This document shows, in pieces, positions 27,594 through 37,621 of a stretch of DNA of 54,965 bases (positions are counted from its first letter, which is position 1; every line of letters begins with the position of its first letter). Made by a program: the position numbers and the translations under genes. The DNA is from an uncultured Gemmatimonadaceae bacterium (lineage in GTDB: Bacteria; Gemmatimonadota; Gemmatimonadetes; Longimicrobiales; RSA9). The notes beneath the pieces were generated by a model that saw only the letters and a program-made list of their open reading frames with translations, had not been told where the DNA came from and did no database searches. The stretch lies in assembly GCA_964410055.1 (NCBI GenBank), contig CAYPGK010000005.1:13660-68624 (forward strand). Reading direction: 5' to 3'.

Positions 27594-28775
27594 TCACGCC
27601 GCCCCTGCCCGCCGGCCGCGCAGGAAATCGAGCGCGCCGGAGACCAGCTCCACCGCGGCCGCCACGCCCTCGCCCGTGAGGCGGCGGGCGGTGTCGCTCG
27701 GGCGATGAACGCGGAAGAGGGACCGTTTCGATCCGCGCAGGAGCGTGAGCGCCGGGAACCCCGCGCGGCCGAAGGCCATGTGGTCGACCAGGACCCCCGC
27801 GGGCAGGTCCTTCCGCTGCACGGGCACGTCCAGCGCCTCGGCGCTCGCCAGCAGCGCTGCCGCGAGGTGCGGCGCGAGGGCGCGACGCCGCGCAGCGCCG
27901 ATCCGCTCGGCGATGCGGAACTCGCCCTCGTCGTCCAGGCCATCCAGGTTGATGATCCCATCCAGGGGCGGAAGCCGCCGGGTAGCGTCCCAGGCGCCGG
28001 CGAGCCCCAGTTCCTCCGCGTCGGTGACGAGGAACGCGACGTCGCCGTGATCCCGCTGCCCGCGAGCGATGCCGAGGAGCGCGGCCACGCCCGAGGCGTT
28101 GTCGAGCGCGCCGGGCGAAGCGTTTCCCGCCACGGAAGCGGTGAGTAGCACTGAGCCTACGGCTCCCACCGCGCCGACGGAGAGGACGAGGGGGAGCGAG
28201 ACGAGCGCCGCGTCGTAGAGGCCGATCACGGCGACGGTGAAGAGTGCGCTCCACGCGAAGATGACGAGAACGATCGCCGCGATCCGGAGGAACGTCGAGA
28301 TCGGCTGGGACTTGCTGTCGGCGTGCGCGGTGATCAGGAATCGCGGCCGGGCCCCCGGGCGGATGGCGAGCAGGTTCGTGCCCTGGACGCGGCCCCACGG
28401 CAGGCCTGCGATCGCGCGGCGTGCGAAAGCGGCGGCGAGCCCGGCGAGGAGCGCGGCGGCGGCAAGGGCGACGAGGGCGATCGGCGGGGTGCGCAGGGCC
28501 AGCGCGAGCGTCGCCGAGCCGAGGCCGAGGAGGGCGACGGCGCCCACGGCGGGGACGCCGAAACGACCGGGCCAGGCCGAGAAGTCGAAGGTCAGCTCCT
28601 GGACCTCGTATCCCAGCTCCTCGAACGCGCCACGGAGCTTTGCCTGGACCTCCGCGGCGCCGGCGCTGCCGGTCAGGCGCGGCCGAGCGATTGCATGGAT
28701 CGCATGGCGCGCCGCTTCACGTTCGGCGTCGCGTGCCCCGGTCCGGTCTGGCTTCGCCTCGATGCGGGACTCCAT
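27594..28775 (-). CDS. M28-family metallopeptidase with four inserted transmembrane helices
   Basis: M28 ligand contexts are present in order: ITAHADS, GALDNASG, DAEELGLAG, INLDG, VDHMAF. Two hydrophobic hairpins interrupt the fold. Confidence 0.75.
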   Translation of the reverse strand: MESRIEAKPDRTGARDAEREAARHAIHAIARPRLTGSAGAAEVQAKLRGAFEELGYEVQELTFDFSAWPGRFGVPAVGAVALLGLGSATLALALRTPPIALVALAAAALLAGLAAAFARRAIAGLPWGRVQGTNLLAIRPGARPRFLITAHADSKSQPISTFLRIAAIVLVIFAWSALFTVAVIGLYDAALVSLPLVLSVGAVGAVGSVLLTASVAGNASPGALDNASGVAALLGIARGQRDHGDVAFLVTDAEELGLAGAWDATRRLPPLDGIINLDGLDDEGEFRIAERIGAARRRALAPHLAAALLASAEALDVPVQRKDLPAGVLVDHMAFGRAGFPALTLLRGSKRSLFRVHRPSDTARRLTGEGVAAAVELVSGALDFLRGRRAGAA

Positions 28776-28802
28776 CCCACCGTGCCCTGCGGATCTCGTG
28801 GC

Positions 28803-29697
<895 letters not shown>

Positions 29698-29705
<8 letters not shown>

Positions 29706-30759
29706 GGGTCCTCATCTTCAGCTCGAAGTCCGACGGGTTGTTGGCCGCGGCCATGGCCACATCGAAGTCGACGACGTCTGCCTTGACGAGATCCATCAGG
29801 TGCTGGTCGAAGGTCTGCGAGCCGTAGGTCTCGCGGCCCTCTGCAATGAGGTCGAAGATCTCAGCGGTCCGCTCCGGGTCGAGGATGCAGTCCCGGATCG
29901 CGGCGGTCGCCATCAGGATCTCGCATGCGGCGACGCGGCCGGAGCCGTTCTTCCTCGGCATGAGCCGCTGGCTGATCACCGCGACGAGCGTCTCGGCCAG
30001 GCGCACGCGCACCATTTCCTGCTCCTCGGGCGGAAAGACCGCCACCACGCGCGAGATGGTCTGGACGGCGTTCTGGGTGTGCAGCGTCGAGAAGACCAGG
30101 TGCCCGGTCTCGGCGGCCTTGAGCGCGATGTCGATCGTCTCGGTGTCGCGCATCTCGCCGACGAGCACGGCGTCCGGGTCCTCGCGCAGCGCCGCCCGCA
30201 GGCCCGTCGCGAAGGAGTCGGTGTCCATCCCGATCTCGCGCTGCGTGATCGAGCTCAGGTTGTCCCGGTGCAGGAACTCGATCGGGTCCTCGAGCGTGAT
30301 GATGTGCTTGCGCCTGGTCCGGTTGATGTGGCCGATCATCGCGGCGAGCGTGGTGCTCTTCCCCGACCCGGTCACGCCGGTCACGAGGACCAGGCCGCGT
30401 TCGCGCTCGGCGATGCTGGACAGGACCGGCGGCAGGTTGAGCTGCTCGAGCGTCGGGATCTCGATCGGGATCACGCGCATGACGATCCCGAGCGTGCCGC
30501 GCTGGCGGAGCAGATTGATGCGGAACCGTCCGAGCCCGGGCGCGCCCCAGGAGCAGTCGTAATCGCGCAGCTCGTCGATGCGGTCCCGGTCCCACTGCGG
30601 GATCAGCCGCAATGCGAGCTGCCGGGTCTGCTCGGGCGAGAGCTGCTGGCGCGTGATCGGGATCAGCTCGCCCTTGATCCGCGCGCGCACGAAGTCGCCC
30701 GACTTGATGTGGATGTCAGAAGCCCCCTGCTGGATCGCCGACTTCAGGATCTCGATCAT
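29698..30759 (-). CDS. pilT: PilT-family type IV pilus retraction ATPase
   Basis: ORF 29698..31740 trimmed to MIEILKSAIQQGASDIHIK. Walker A GVTGSGKST, Walker B DPDAVLVGEMRD, His box TGHLVFSTLHT. Confidence 0.9.
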
Positions 30760-30809
30760 TTCACGCTCTTGACGAAAGACTGGAACTCCGGCACCCGGAC
30801 GGGCTGAAG

Positions 30810-31835
30810 TTAATAGCCCGCGACCTTGTCGACTACGTTGAGGAGCGGCCGTCCGTGCAGATAACGTGCGATGTTCTCCTCGAGGAGAGCCAGCTCCCGC
30901 TCCCAGAACCGGTGCGTGTACGCGGAGACGTGCGGGGTGATCAGCACGTTCGGCAGCCGCCAGAGCGGACTGGCCTCGGGGAGCGGCTCCGTAGCGAAGA
31001 CGTCGAGCGCCGCGCCCCGGAGCCGGCCGGCGCGCAGCGCTTCGGCCAGCGCCGCCTCGTCGACCAGCGCACCGCGAGCGACGTTGACCAGCACCGCGTG
31101 CGGCGGCATGCGCCCCAGCGCCCGCTCGTCGATCATCCCCCTTGTCTCCTCGGTCTCGGGCGCGCAGAGGACGACGTAGTCGCACTCGGTCAGGATCCGC
31201 TCCAATCCGGCGTCGCCGTAGACGAGTTCGACGCCCTCCTCCGGCGGCGCCGGGCGTCGCTTCGTGGCGAGGACGCGTGCGCCGAGGGTGCGGGCCCGGG
31301 CGGCGATTTCCCGGCCGATCCCGCCGTATCCCACGATCCCGACGGTGCTCCCCGCGACCTCGCGTACGGGCGCATCTCCGGCATCGAACGGGGCCGCGTC
31401 CCAGCGCCCCGCCGCCTGCGCCAGCACCGCGAAGTCGAGCCCACGGGCGAAGTGGAGGATCATCGCGAGCACCGTCTCGGCCATGGCCGGCGCGTGCACG
31501 CCCGCGGAGTTCGTGAAGACGACGTCGCTCGCACGCATCTCGGGCGTGAGCGAGCCGGCCACGCCCGCCGTCCCGCTGTGGACCCACCGGAGCCCCCGGC
31601 CTTGCCGCAGGATCTCCGGCGCGATCCCGTAGCCGAAGTAGACCTCCGCATCGCGGACGGCCTCGAGCGCTTCGGCGGACGCGGCGCCGGCGCCGTCGCC
31701 GGTCCCGTCGGCGAGCGTCCCGACGGTGACCATCGTCCAATCGGCGGGGAGCGCGGCGCGCAGGCGATCGACGGCCCAGCCGGGGAGCCGGAAGATCGGG
31801 CGGCGGTCGGCGAAGTCGACGACCAATCGGCGCAT
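30810..31835 (-). CDS. D-isomer-specific 2-hydroxyacid dehydrogenase family protein
   Basis: ORF trimmed to MRRLVVDF. NAD-binding site GIVGYGGIGREIA and catalytic region NVARG..D..L....ITPHVSAYT. Confidence 0.85.
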   Translation of the reverse strand: MRRLVVDFADRRPIFRLPGWAVDRLRAALPADWTMVTVGTLADGTGDGAGAASAEALEAVRDAEVYFGYGIAPEILRQGRGLRWVHSGTAGVAGSLTPEMRASDVVFTNSAGVHAPAMAETVLAMILHFARGLDFAVLAQAAGRWDAAPFDAGDAPVREVAGSTVGIVGYGGIGREIAARARTLGARVLATKRRPAPPEEGVELVYGDAGLERILTECDYVVLCAPETEETRGMIDERALGRMPPHAVLVNVARGALVDEAALAEALRAGRLRGAALDVFATEPLPEASPLWRLPNVLITPHVSAYTHRFWERELALLEENIARYLHGRPLLNVVDKVAGY

Positions 31836-31870
31836 CGGATTCCTTCGTACGGACCGGGTGGAAGAAATGC

Positions 31871-32581
31871 TCAGAGCTGGGTGATCTTCCGGATCCCCTC
31901 GACCTGGACGAGCCGGTCCAGGACGCCGGGCCAGCGTGCCCTGGAGCCGGAGACGTCGTACGTCGCGATGATCCTCTCGGCCTCGCGCTCGACGTCCGTC
32001 AGCTTGACGATGAAGCCGGCCTCGAGGAACGCCTCCCGGATGAAGGCGAGGTGGCCCGGGATCGGGTCCATCAGCACGACGACGCGCCGCTCGAAGCGCC
32101 GGCGGATCATCAACGTCTCCACGCGGCCGAGCGCGATCAGCGCGATGAACACCAGGATCGCCGTGCCGACCGCCTCGACGTACGCACGTGCGCCGATGGC
32201 CATCCCGATCGCCGCGACGACCCAGAGCGTCGCAGCGGTCGTGAGTCCGACGACGCTGCCGCGAGCCTGGATGATGGTCCCCGCCCCGAGGAAGCCGATG
32301 CCGCTCACGATCTGCGCGGCGATGCGTGCGGGGTCCGCATTCGTCATGGCGGGGTCGACCAGCGCGGTCATGCCGATCGACAGCTCCATGAGGAGCGTCG
32401 CACCCACACAGATCAGCAAATTCGTCCGGAACCCGGCAGGCTTTCCGCTGGCCTCCCTCTCCAGGCCTATGGCCCCGCCGAGCACGGCCGCCAGGAGCAG
32501 GCGCAGCAGGAGGTCGAGTCGGAGGAACGCGGCGCCCGCGTGCCACTCCACCATTGCGTCGAGCCACTGCGGCGCGGCCAC
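31871..32581 (-). CDS. MgtC/SapB-family membrane protein with ACT-like C-terminal domain
   Basis: Motifs LLAAVLGGAIGLEREASGKPAGFRTN and GIGFLGAG. The GTG at 32581 has a 7-nt spacer from GGAGG. The alternatives are GTG 32587 and ATG 32554. Confidence 0.8.
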   Translation of the reverse strand: MAAPQWLDAMVEWHAGAAFLRLDLLLRLLLAAVLGGAIGLEREASGKPAGFRTNLLICVGATLLMELSIGMTALVDPAMTNADPARIAAQIVSGIGFLGAGTIIQARGSVVGLTTAATLWVVAAIGMAIGARAYVEAVGTAILVFIALIALGRVETLMIRRRFERRVVVLMDPIPGHLAFIREAFLEAGFIVKLTDVEREAERIIATYDVSGSRARWPGVLDRLVQVEGIRKITQL

Positions 32582-32598
32582 CAGCACCCCTCCCTCTG

Positions 32599-33312
32599 TC
32601 AGTCGTTCAGCCGGCGCAGCTCGTGGAGCAGGCCGGTCTTGTCACGCGTCTTCTGGTCGACCGCCTTGATCACGCGGGCAGGCTGCCCGGCGGCGACGAC
32701 GCCCGGCGGGATGGAGTCGACCACGACCGCGCCCGCCGCGACGACGCTCCCCTTCCCCACCCGGCACCCCTCGAGGACCACGGCGTTCGCACCGACCAGG
32801 ACGTCGTCCTCGATCACGACCGGCTCCGCGCTCGGCGGCTCGAGCACGCCGGCCAATACCGCGCCCGCCCCGATGTGGCAGCCCTTCCCCACGATCACCC
32901 GCGCCCCGACGACCGCGTTCATGTCGATCATCGTCGCCTCGCCGATCGCGGCGCCGATGTTGATGACCGCGCCCATCATGACGATCACGTGCTCGCCGAT
33001 CTCTACGTTGTCGCGGATGATGGCGCCGGGCTCGATGCGCGCCGTCAGGCGCTTCAGGTCCAGGAGCGGCACCGCGGAATTGCGCCGGTCTATCTCCAGG
33101 TCGTGGTAGCGGATCTTCGCCGCTTCACGCTCGAGGACCTCGCGCACGCGATCCCACTCGCCGGACAGGATCGTGGTCCCGGCGCCGGTCGGGAAGACCA
33201 TGAGCTCGGGGCCGTCCTCGACGGCGAGGTCACCCTCGTGGCGGACGTAAGCCCGGACCGGCGTCGTCTTCCTCGCGTTCGAGATGACGTCGCGGATCGT
33301 CCGGTAGTCCAT
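32599..33312 (-). CDS. dapH: Tetrahydrodipicolinate N-acetyltransferase (DapH type)
   Basis: Collinear with Bacillus-type DapH (RNSAVPLLDLK..ARIEPGAIIRD..IGAGAVLAGVLEPPSAEPVVIEDDVLVGANAVVLEG). Hexapeptide repeats. Confidence 0.9.
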   Translation of the reverse strand: MDYRTIRDVISNARKTTPVRAYVRHEGDLAVEDGPELMVFPTGAGTTILSGEWDRVREVLEREAAKIRYHDLEIDRRNSAVPLLDLKRLTARIEPGAIIRDNVEIGEHVIVMMGAVINIGAAIGEATMIDMNAVVGARVIVGKGCHIGAGAVLAGVLEPPSAEPVVIEDDVLVGANAVVLEGCRVGKGSVVAAGAVVVDSIPPGVVAAGQPARVIKAVDQKTRDKTGLLHELRRLND

Positions 33313-33324
33313 GAATCCGCCCCC

Positions 33325-34107
33325 TCAATCCAGCCCCAGGACCTGCCGCATGGTGTAGCGCCCGGGCGGCTTGCCGGCCATCCAGCGCGCCGCGACGAGT
33401 GCGCCCTCGGCGAAGAGCGAGCGGTCGGCGGCCACGTGGCCCAGCTCGATCCTCTCCAGCGCGCCGAGGAAGAGCACGCCGTGCTCGCCGGCGACGGCGC
33501 CGCCGCGGATCGCGTGGAACCCGATCTCGCCGGCCGGCCGCGCGCCCGGCCGGCCGCTCCGCCCATCGCGCCGCAGCGCCTCGAGGTCGGCGCCCCGCCC
33601 CTCGGCGACCGCCCTGCCGAGTGCGAGCGCCGTGCCACTCGGCGCGTCCGCCTTGCCGCGATGATGCGCCTCGACGATCTCGACGTCGTAACGGTCTGCG
33701 GGGAGCCGCCGCGCGGCCTCCTCGACCAGGGCGAGGAGCAGATTGACGCCGACGCTGAAGTTCGCCGCGACCAGCACGGCGGCGCGCTCGGCCAGCGCGT
33801 CCAGGCGACGGTGCAGCGCATCGTCCAGCCCCGTCGTCCCGACGACCAGCGCCCGCCCGTCGAGGGGCGCGGCGTCGAGCACGCGGGCCAGGAACTCGGG
33901 CGCGGAGAAGTCGACGACGACGTCGCACCCCGAGATCAGCTCCGCCGCGTCTTCGGGCGGCGCGATCCGCTCGTACGCGCCGGGGAGCGCGCCCGCCTCG
34001 CGGCCGATCCCGCCGACGAGCTCGACGTCGCCGGCCTCGGCGGCCAGCGCGGCCACGGCGCGACCCATCCGCCCCGTGGCGCCCGAGACGACGATGCGGG
34101 TGGCCAT
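33325..34107 (-). CDS. dapB: 4-hydroxy-tetrahydrodipicolinate reductase
   Basis: ORF trimmed to MATRIVVSGATGRMGRAV. Carries the EAHHRGKADAPSGTA signature. Confidence 0.9.
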   Translation of the reverse strand: MATRIVVSGATGRMGRAVAALAAEAGDVELVGGIGREAGALPGAYERIAPPEDAAELISGCDVVVDFSAPEFLARVLDAAPLDGRALVVGTTGLDDALHRRLDALAERAAVLVAANFSVGVNLLLALVEEAARRLPADRYDVEIVEAHHRGKADAPSGTALALGRAVAEGRGADLEALRRDGRSGRPGARPAGEIGFHAIRGGAVAGEHGVLFLGALERIELGHVAADRSLFAEGALVAARWMAGKPPGRYTMRQVLGLD

Positions 34108-34112
34108 GCGCG

Positions 34113-35006
34113 TCAGCGGCCCGGCCGGACCCCGACGTCCCGCAGCGCGTCGAGGAGCGCGTCGCGGACCTCGGGCGTGGCCGGCGTGAGCGGCAGCCGG
34201 ACCGGGCCGACCTCGAAGCCGAGCCACTCGACCGCCGCCTTGACCGGGATCGGGTTCGGCTCTGCGAAGAGCGCGCGGACCACGGGCAGGTAGCGGAGCT
34301 GGAGCGCGGCCGCTTCCCCGGTATCGCCGGCCAGGAACGCGTGGACCATCCGACTCGTGTCCGCGGGCGCCACGTTCGAGAGCACGCTGATCACGCCCGT
34401 GCCGCCGAGCGACAGGATCGGCACGATCTGGTCGTCGTTGCCGCTCCAGATCGCGACCCGGTCGCCGACCTGACGCGCGAGCTCGGCAACCTGCACGATG
34501 TCGCCGCACGCTTCTTTGACCGCGATGACCCGCTCGTCGCTCGCCAGCTCGGCGATCGTCCGGGGGAGGATGTTGACCGCCGTCCGGCCCGGGACGTTGT
34601 AAATGACCGCCGGCAGGTCGCCGGCATCGATGACGGCGCGGAAGTGCGCGATCAGCCCCGCCTGCGTCGGCTTGTTGTACGGCGGCGCGCTCAGCAACAG
34701 CGCATCGGCGCCGGCCTCGCGGGCCTGGCGAGCCAGCTCGACGACCCGCGCCGTGTCGCTCCCGCCGCACCCGGCGATGACCGGCAGCCGGCCCGCGTTC
34801 TCGTCCACGACGACCTCGATCGCGCGGCGCTGTTCGGCCGGCGTCATCGCGGCCGCTTCCCCGGTCGAGCCGCACACCACCAGCGCATCCGTGCCTTCCC
34901 GGTGGTGGAACCGGACCAGCTCTCGCAACACCCGCTCGTTGACACCGCTCTCATCGAACGGCGTGACCAGGGCCACGCCAGCGCCGGTGAAACGAGGATC
35001 GGCCAT
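34113..35006 (-). CDS. dapA: 4-hydroxy-tetrahydrodipicolinate synthase
   Basis: Motifs VVCGSTGEAAAMT, IYNVPGRT and AVKEACGD (active-site Lys). 297 aa, 5 nt upstream of dapB. Confidence 0.9.
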   Translation of the reverse strand: MADPRFTGAGVALVTPFDESGVNERVLRELVRFHHREGTDALVVCGSTGEAAAMTPAEQRRAIEVVVDENAGRLPVIAGCGGSDTARVVELARQAREAGADALLLSAPPYNKPTQAGLIAHFRAVIDAGDLPAVIYNVPGRTAVNILPRTIAELASDERVIAVKEACGDIVQVAELARQVGDRVAIWSGNDDQIVPILSLGGTGVISVLSNVAPADTSRMVHAFLAGDTGEAAALQLRYLPVVRALFAEPNPIPVKAAVEWLGFEVGPVRLPLTPATPEVRDALLDALRDVGVRPGR

Positions 35007-35011
35007 TTCGC

Positions 35012-35398
35012 TCAGGGATTGTTCAGGTCGATGATGTCGGACCGGGTCACGTCGGATTCATCGTCGTTCGGCGCGAGATCGCGCTCGGTCGACCGGATGA
35101 AGTCGTCCTCCACGTCGTCGTAGCCGGTCACGGTGAAGAAGGAGCGGAACACACCGTTGCCGCACTTCTCGCAGACGAGGTCGCCGCTCGGCGGCCGCTC
35201 GTCGAAAATGTACTCCTTTCCGCACTCGAGGCAAACCTGGACGAGCACGCCATCGGCGGGCCGTCCGACCCGGCCGCGGGTCTCGTGCCCCGGATCGTCG
35301 CTGAGCTGGTGCGCCCGCAGCGCTTCCAGGCTCCGAAGCTCTCCCGGGAGTTCGTTGGGCAGTTCCTCCGGGGTCCGGCCCCGGCGCTTCTCCTCCAT
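35012..35398 (-). CDS. Zinc-ribbon protein with acidic C-terminal tail, unknown function
   Basis: Trimmed to MEEKRRGR, downstream of the trpS stop. CxxC-N18-CxxC (CLECGKEY...CEKCGNG) followed by a D/E-rich tail. Confidence 0.55.
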   Translation of the reverse strand: MEEKRRGRTPEELPNELPGELRSLEALRAHQLSDDPGHETRGRVGRPADGVLVQVCLECGKEYIFDERPPSGDLVCEKCGNGVFRSFFTVTGYDDVEDDFIRSTERDLAPNDDESDVTRSDIIDLNNP

Positions 35399-35414
35399 GG
35401 TGGCGCCCCCTGGT

Positions 35415-36419
35415 TCAGGGGAGGGCGGGCGCCGGCACACTCTGGTAGAAGCCCATACGCTCCCGCACCTCCCGGATCGTCTCCTGTGCCAGTCTGCGGC
35501 ACCGGGCGGCGCCATCGCCGAGGATCTCGTGCACCCGCTCGGGGTGCGCCCCGTACTCGGCCGCCCGTTCCCGCATCGGCTCGAACGCGCGGGCGATCGA
35601 CTCGGCCAGCATCCGCTTGCAGTCCACGCACCCGAGCTCGGCCGACCGGCATTCCCGATCGATCCGGGCGACGTCCTCGGCGGGAGTGAAGAAGCCGTGC
35701 AGCGAGAAGACGTTGCAGACTTCCGGCCGCCCCGGGTCGCTCCGCTTGACGCGCTGCGGGTCCGTGACCGCCGTGCGCACCTTGGCCGCGATCGACTCCG
35801 GGGACTCGAGCATGCCCACGGTGTTGCCCCGGGACTTGCTCATCTTCGCCCCGCCGTCGAGGCCTCGGATCCGACCGGCCTTGCCGATCAGCGCCTGCGG
35901 CTCCGGGAAGTAGTCGCCGAACTGCCGGTTCCAACGACGTGCAATCTCACGCGTCAGCTCGAGGTGCTGGAGCTGGTCCTCGCCGACCGGCACCGCATCC
36001 GCCCGGTAGAGCAAGATGTCTGCCGCCTGGAGCACCGGGTAATTCAGCAGCCCGGCCGGGATCGACTCCATCCCCGAGCTCTTGTCCTTGAACTGCGTCA
36101 TCCGCTCCAGCTCGCCGAGGGGCGTGACCGTGTTGAGCAGCCAGGCGAGCTCCGTGTGCTCCGGCACCGCCGACTGCACGAAGATCGTGCACTTGTCGGG
36201 ATCGAGCCCCGCGGCTAGCAGGCTGACCGCCATGTCGAAGGTACGCTTCTGCAGCTCCGCCGGGTCGTAGGCCACCGTGATTGCGTGGTAGTCCACGATC
36301 GAGAAGATGCAGTCCGCGGAGTCCTGGAGCTCGACCCACTGCTTGAACGCTCCGAGGTAGTTCCCCAGGTGGGCTTCGCCCGTCGGCTGCACGCCGCTGA
36401 AGATGCGCTTGGGCGACAT
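35415..36419 (-). CDS. trpS: Tryptophan--tRNA ligase
   Basis: HIGH-type motif GVQPTGEAHLGNYLG and the KMSKS motif. 334 aa. Confidence 0.95.
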   Translation of the reverse strand: MSPKRIFSGVQPTGEAHLGNYLGAFKQWVELQDSADCIFSIVDYHAITVAYDPAELQKRTFDMAVSLLAAGLDPDKCTIFVQSAVPEHTELAWLLNTVTPLGELERMTQFKDKSSGMESIPAGLLNYPVLQAADILLYRADAVPVGEDQLQHLELTREIARRWNRQFGDYFPEPQALIGKAGRIRGLDGGAKMSKSRGNTVGMLESPESIAAKVRTAVTDPQRVKRSDPGRPEVCNVFSLHGFFTPAEDVARIDRECRSAELGCVDCKRMLAESIARAFEPMRERAAEYGAHPERVHEILGDGAARCRRLAQETIREVRERMGFYQSVPAPALP

Positions 36420-36477
36420 CGCTACGATTCCTTCGTCTTTCAGGGGTTTGCGTCTTGGCTCCCGGAAGCTACGATGT

Positions 36478-36523
36478 TGCGGGGCTCAGGGGCAACCGGT
36501 TGCGGGCTCAGGGGCAACCAGGC
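36478..36523. repeat. About 23-bp imperfect tandem duplication (core GCTCAGGGGCAACC x2) creating the palindrome GCAACCGGTTGC at the junction
   Basis: Cores at 36484-36497 and 36506-36519; palindrome at 36492-36503. In the divergent trpS/IMPase intergenic region. Confidence 0.8.
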
Positions 36524-36595
36524 GGGACCGCACCGGGAAGCACGGCCGGGGGACGTGGGGCCCCCGACGAGAACGCATACGCAGAAGCACGACGC

Positions 36596-37435
36596 ATGGA
36601 ATACGGAGATCTCCTGGAGACGGCACTGGCCGCGGCGCGCGCCGCGGTCGAGGTACATCGGCGCAATCTCGGGCGAGTCCAGGTCGAGGACTGGTCCGCG
36701 AAGGGCGTTTCCGACTTCGTCACACACGTGGACCGGGAGGCCGAGGCGCGGATCCTGGAGATCGTGAGCGCCCGCTTCCCGGATCACGCGATCCTCGCCG
36801 AGGAGGGCGCGACCGCCGTCGCGGAGCGCTCGGGCGGAGAAGCGGCGGCAGCGCCGGGCCCGGACTCGCTCGCCGCCGAGTGGCTGTGGGTCGTCGACCC
36901 GCTCGATGGGACGACGAACTTCCTGCACGGCTACCCGATGTACTCGGCCTCGGTCGCGGTGCTGCACAGGGGCGAGCCCGTGGCCGCTGCGGTCATTTCC
37001 GGCGCGACGGGCGAGGAGTGGACGGCGGTGAGGGGCGGCGGGGCGGCACGCGACGGCAAGCCGATCCACGTCTCCGCGATCGACCGGCTCGAGCTCGCTC
37101 TCATCGGGACCGGCTTCCCGTTCAAGACGATCCACGAGATGCCGCGCTACCTGCGCCAACTGGACGGCACGCTCCGGCGCACCTCGGGCGTGCGGCGCGG
37201 CGGCTCGGCGGCCATCGACCTCTGCCACCTCGCCACCGGCTACCTCGACGGCTTCTGGGAGCTGACCCTCGCGCCGTGGGACTACGCGGCCGGCGCCCTG
37301 CTGGTCCGCGAGGCGGGTGGCGTCATCACCCGGGTCGACGGGGAGCCTCTCGACCTGCGCTCCGGCGGCTCGGTCCTCGCCGGCAACCCGGCGATCCACG
37401 CGGCACTTCAATCCCTCCTCGCGTCGCTCGACTGA
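36596..37435 (+). CDS. Inositol monophosphatase family protein (SuhB-like)
   Basis: Trimmed to MEYGDLLE. Motifs ILAEEG and WVVDPLDGTTNF, plus the C-terminal WDYAAG. Confidence 0.85.
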   Translation: MEYGDLLETALAAARAAVEVHRRNLGRVQVEDWSAKGVSDFVTHVDREAEARILEIVSARFPDHAILAEEGATAVAERSGGEAAAAPGPDSLAAEWLWVVDPLDGTTNFLHGYPMYSASVAVLHRGEPVAAAVISGATGEEWTAVRGGGAARDGKPIHVSAIDRLELALIGTGFPFKTIHEMPRYLRQLDGTLRRTSGVRRGGSAAIDLCHLATGYLDGFWELTLAPWDYAAGALLVREAGGVITRVDGEPLDLRSGGSVLAGNPAIHAALQSLLASLD

Positions 37436-37568
37436 AGGCGGCCGCCAACCTTGGCGCAATCCTTCGCGCCACCTTTCGCGCCGCGCGCCGGCGGCAGTGG
37501 CCGGCGCCGGTCGCCGGGGTCGCGGGTGCCGCGCGCGGTGCGGTCCTTGCGACGCCGCCTTGCCGACC

Positions 37569-37608
37569 GCCGGCTCCGTAACCCTGCGGCCGGCTCCGTA
37601 ACCGTGCG
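37569..37608. repeat. 20-bp tandem duplication GCCGGCTCCGTAACC(C/G)TGCG x2
   Basis: 19/20 identical. It ends 1 nt before the AGGAGG RBS of the thioredoxin-fold gene. Confidence 0.85.
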
Positions 37609-37621
37609 AAGGAGGGGTCCC

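Noticed and set aside
36420-36595. T-box leader for trpS. I also looked for a lysine riboswitch upstream of dapA and a TPP riboswitch upstream of thiE.
   Set aside because: There is no T-box or specifier-like sequence in the trpS leader. dapA and thiE are preceded by coding genes with gaps of only 5-6 nt, leaving no room for a riboswitch.
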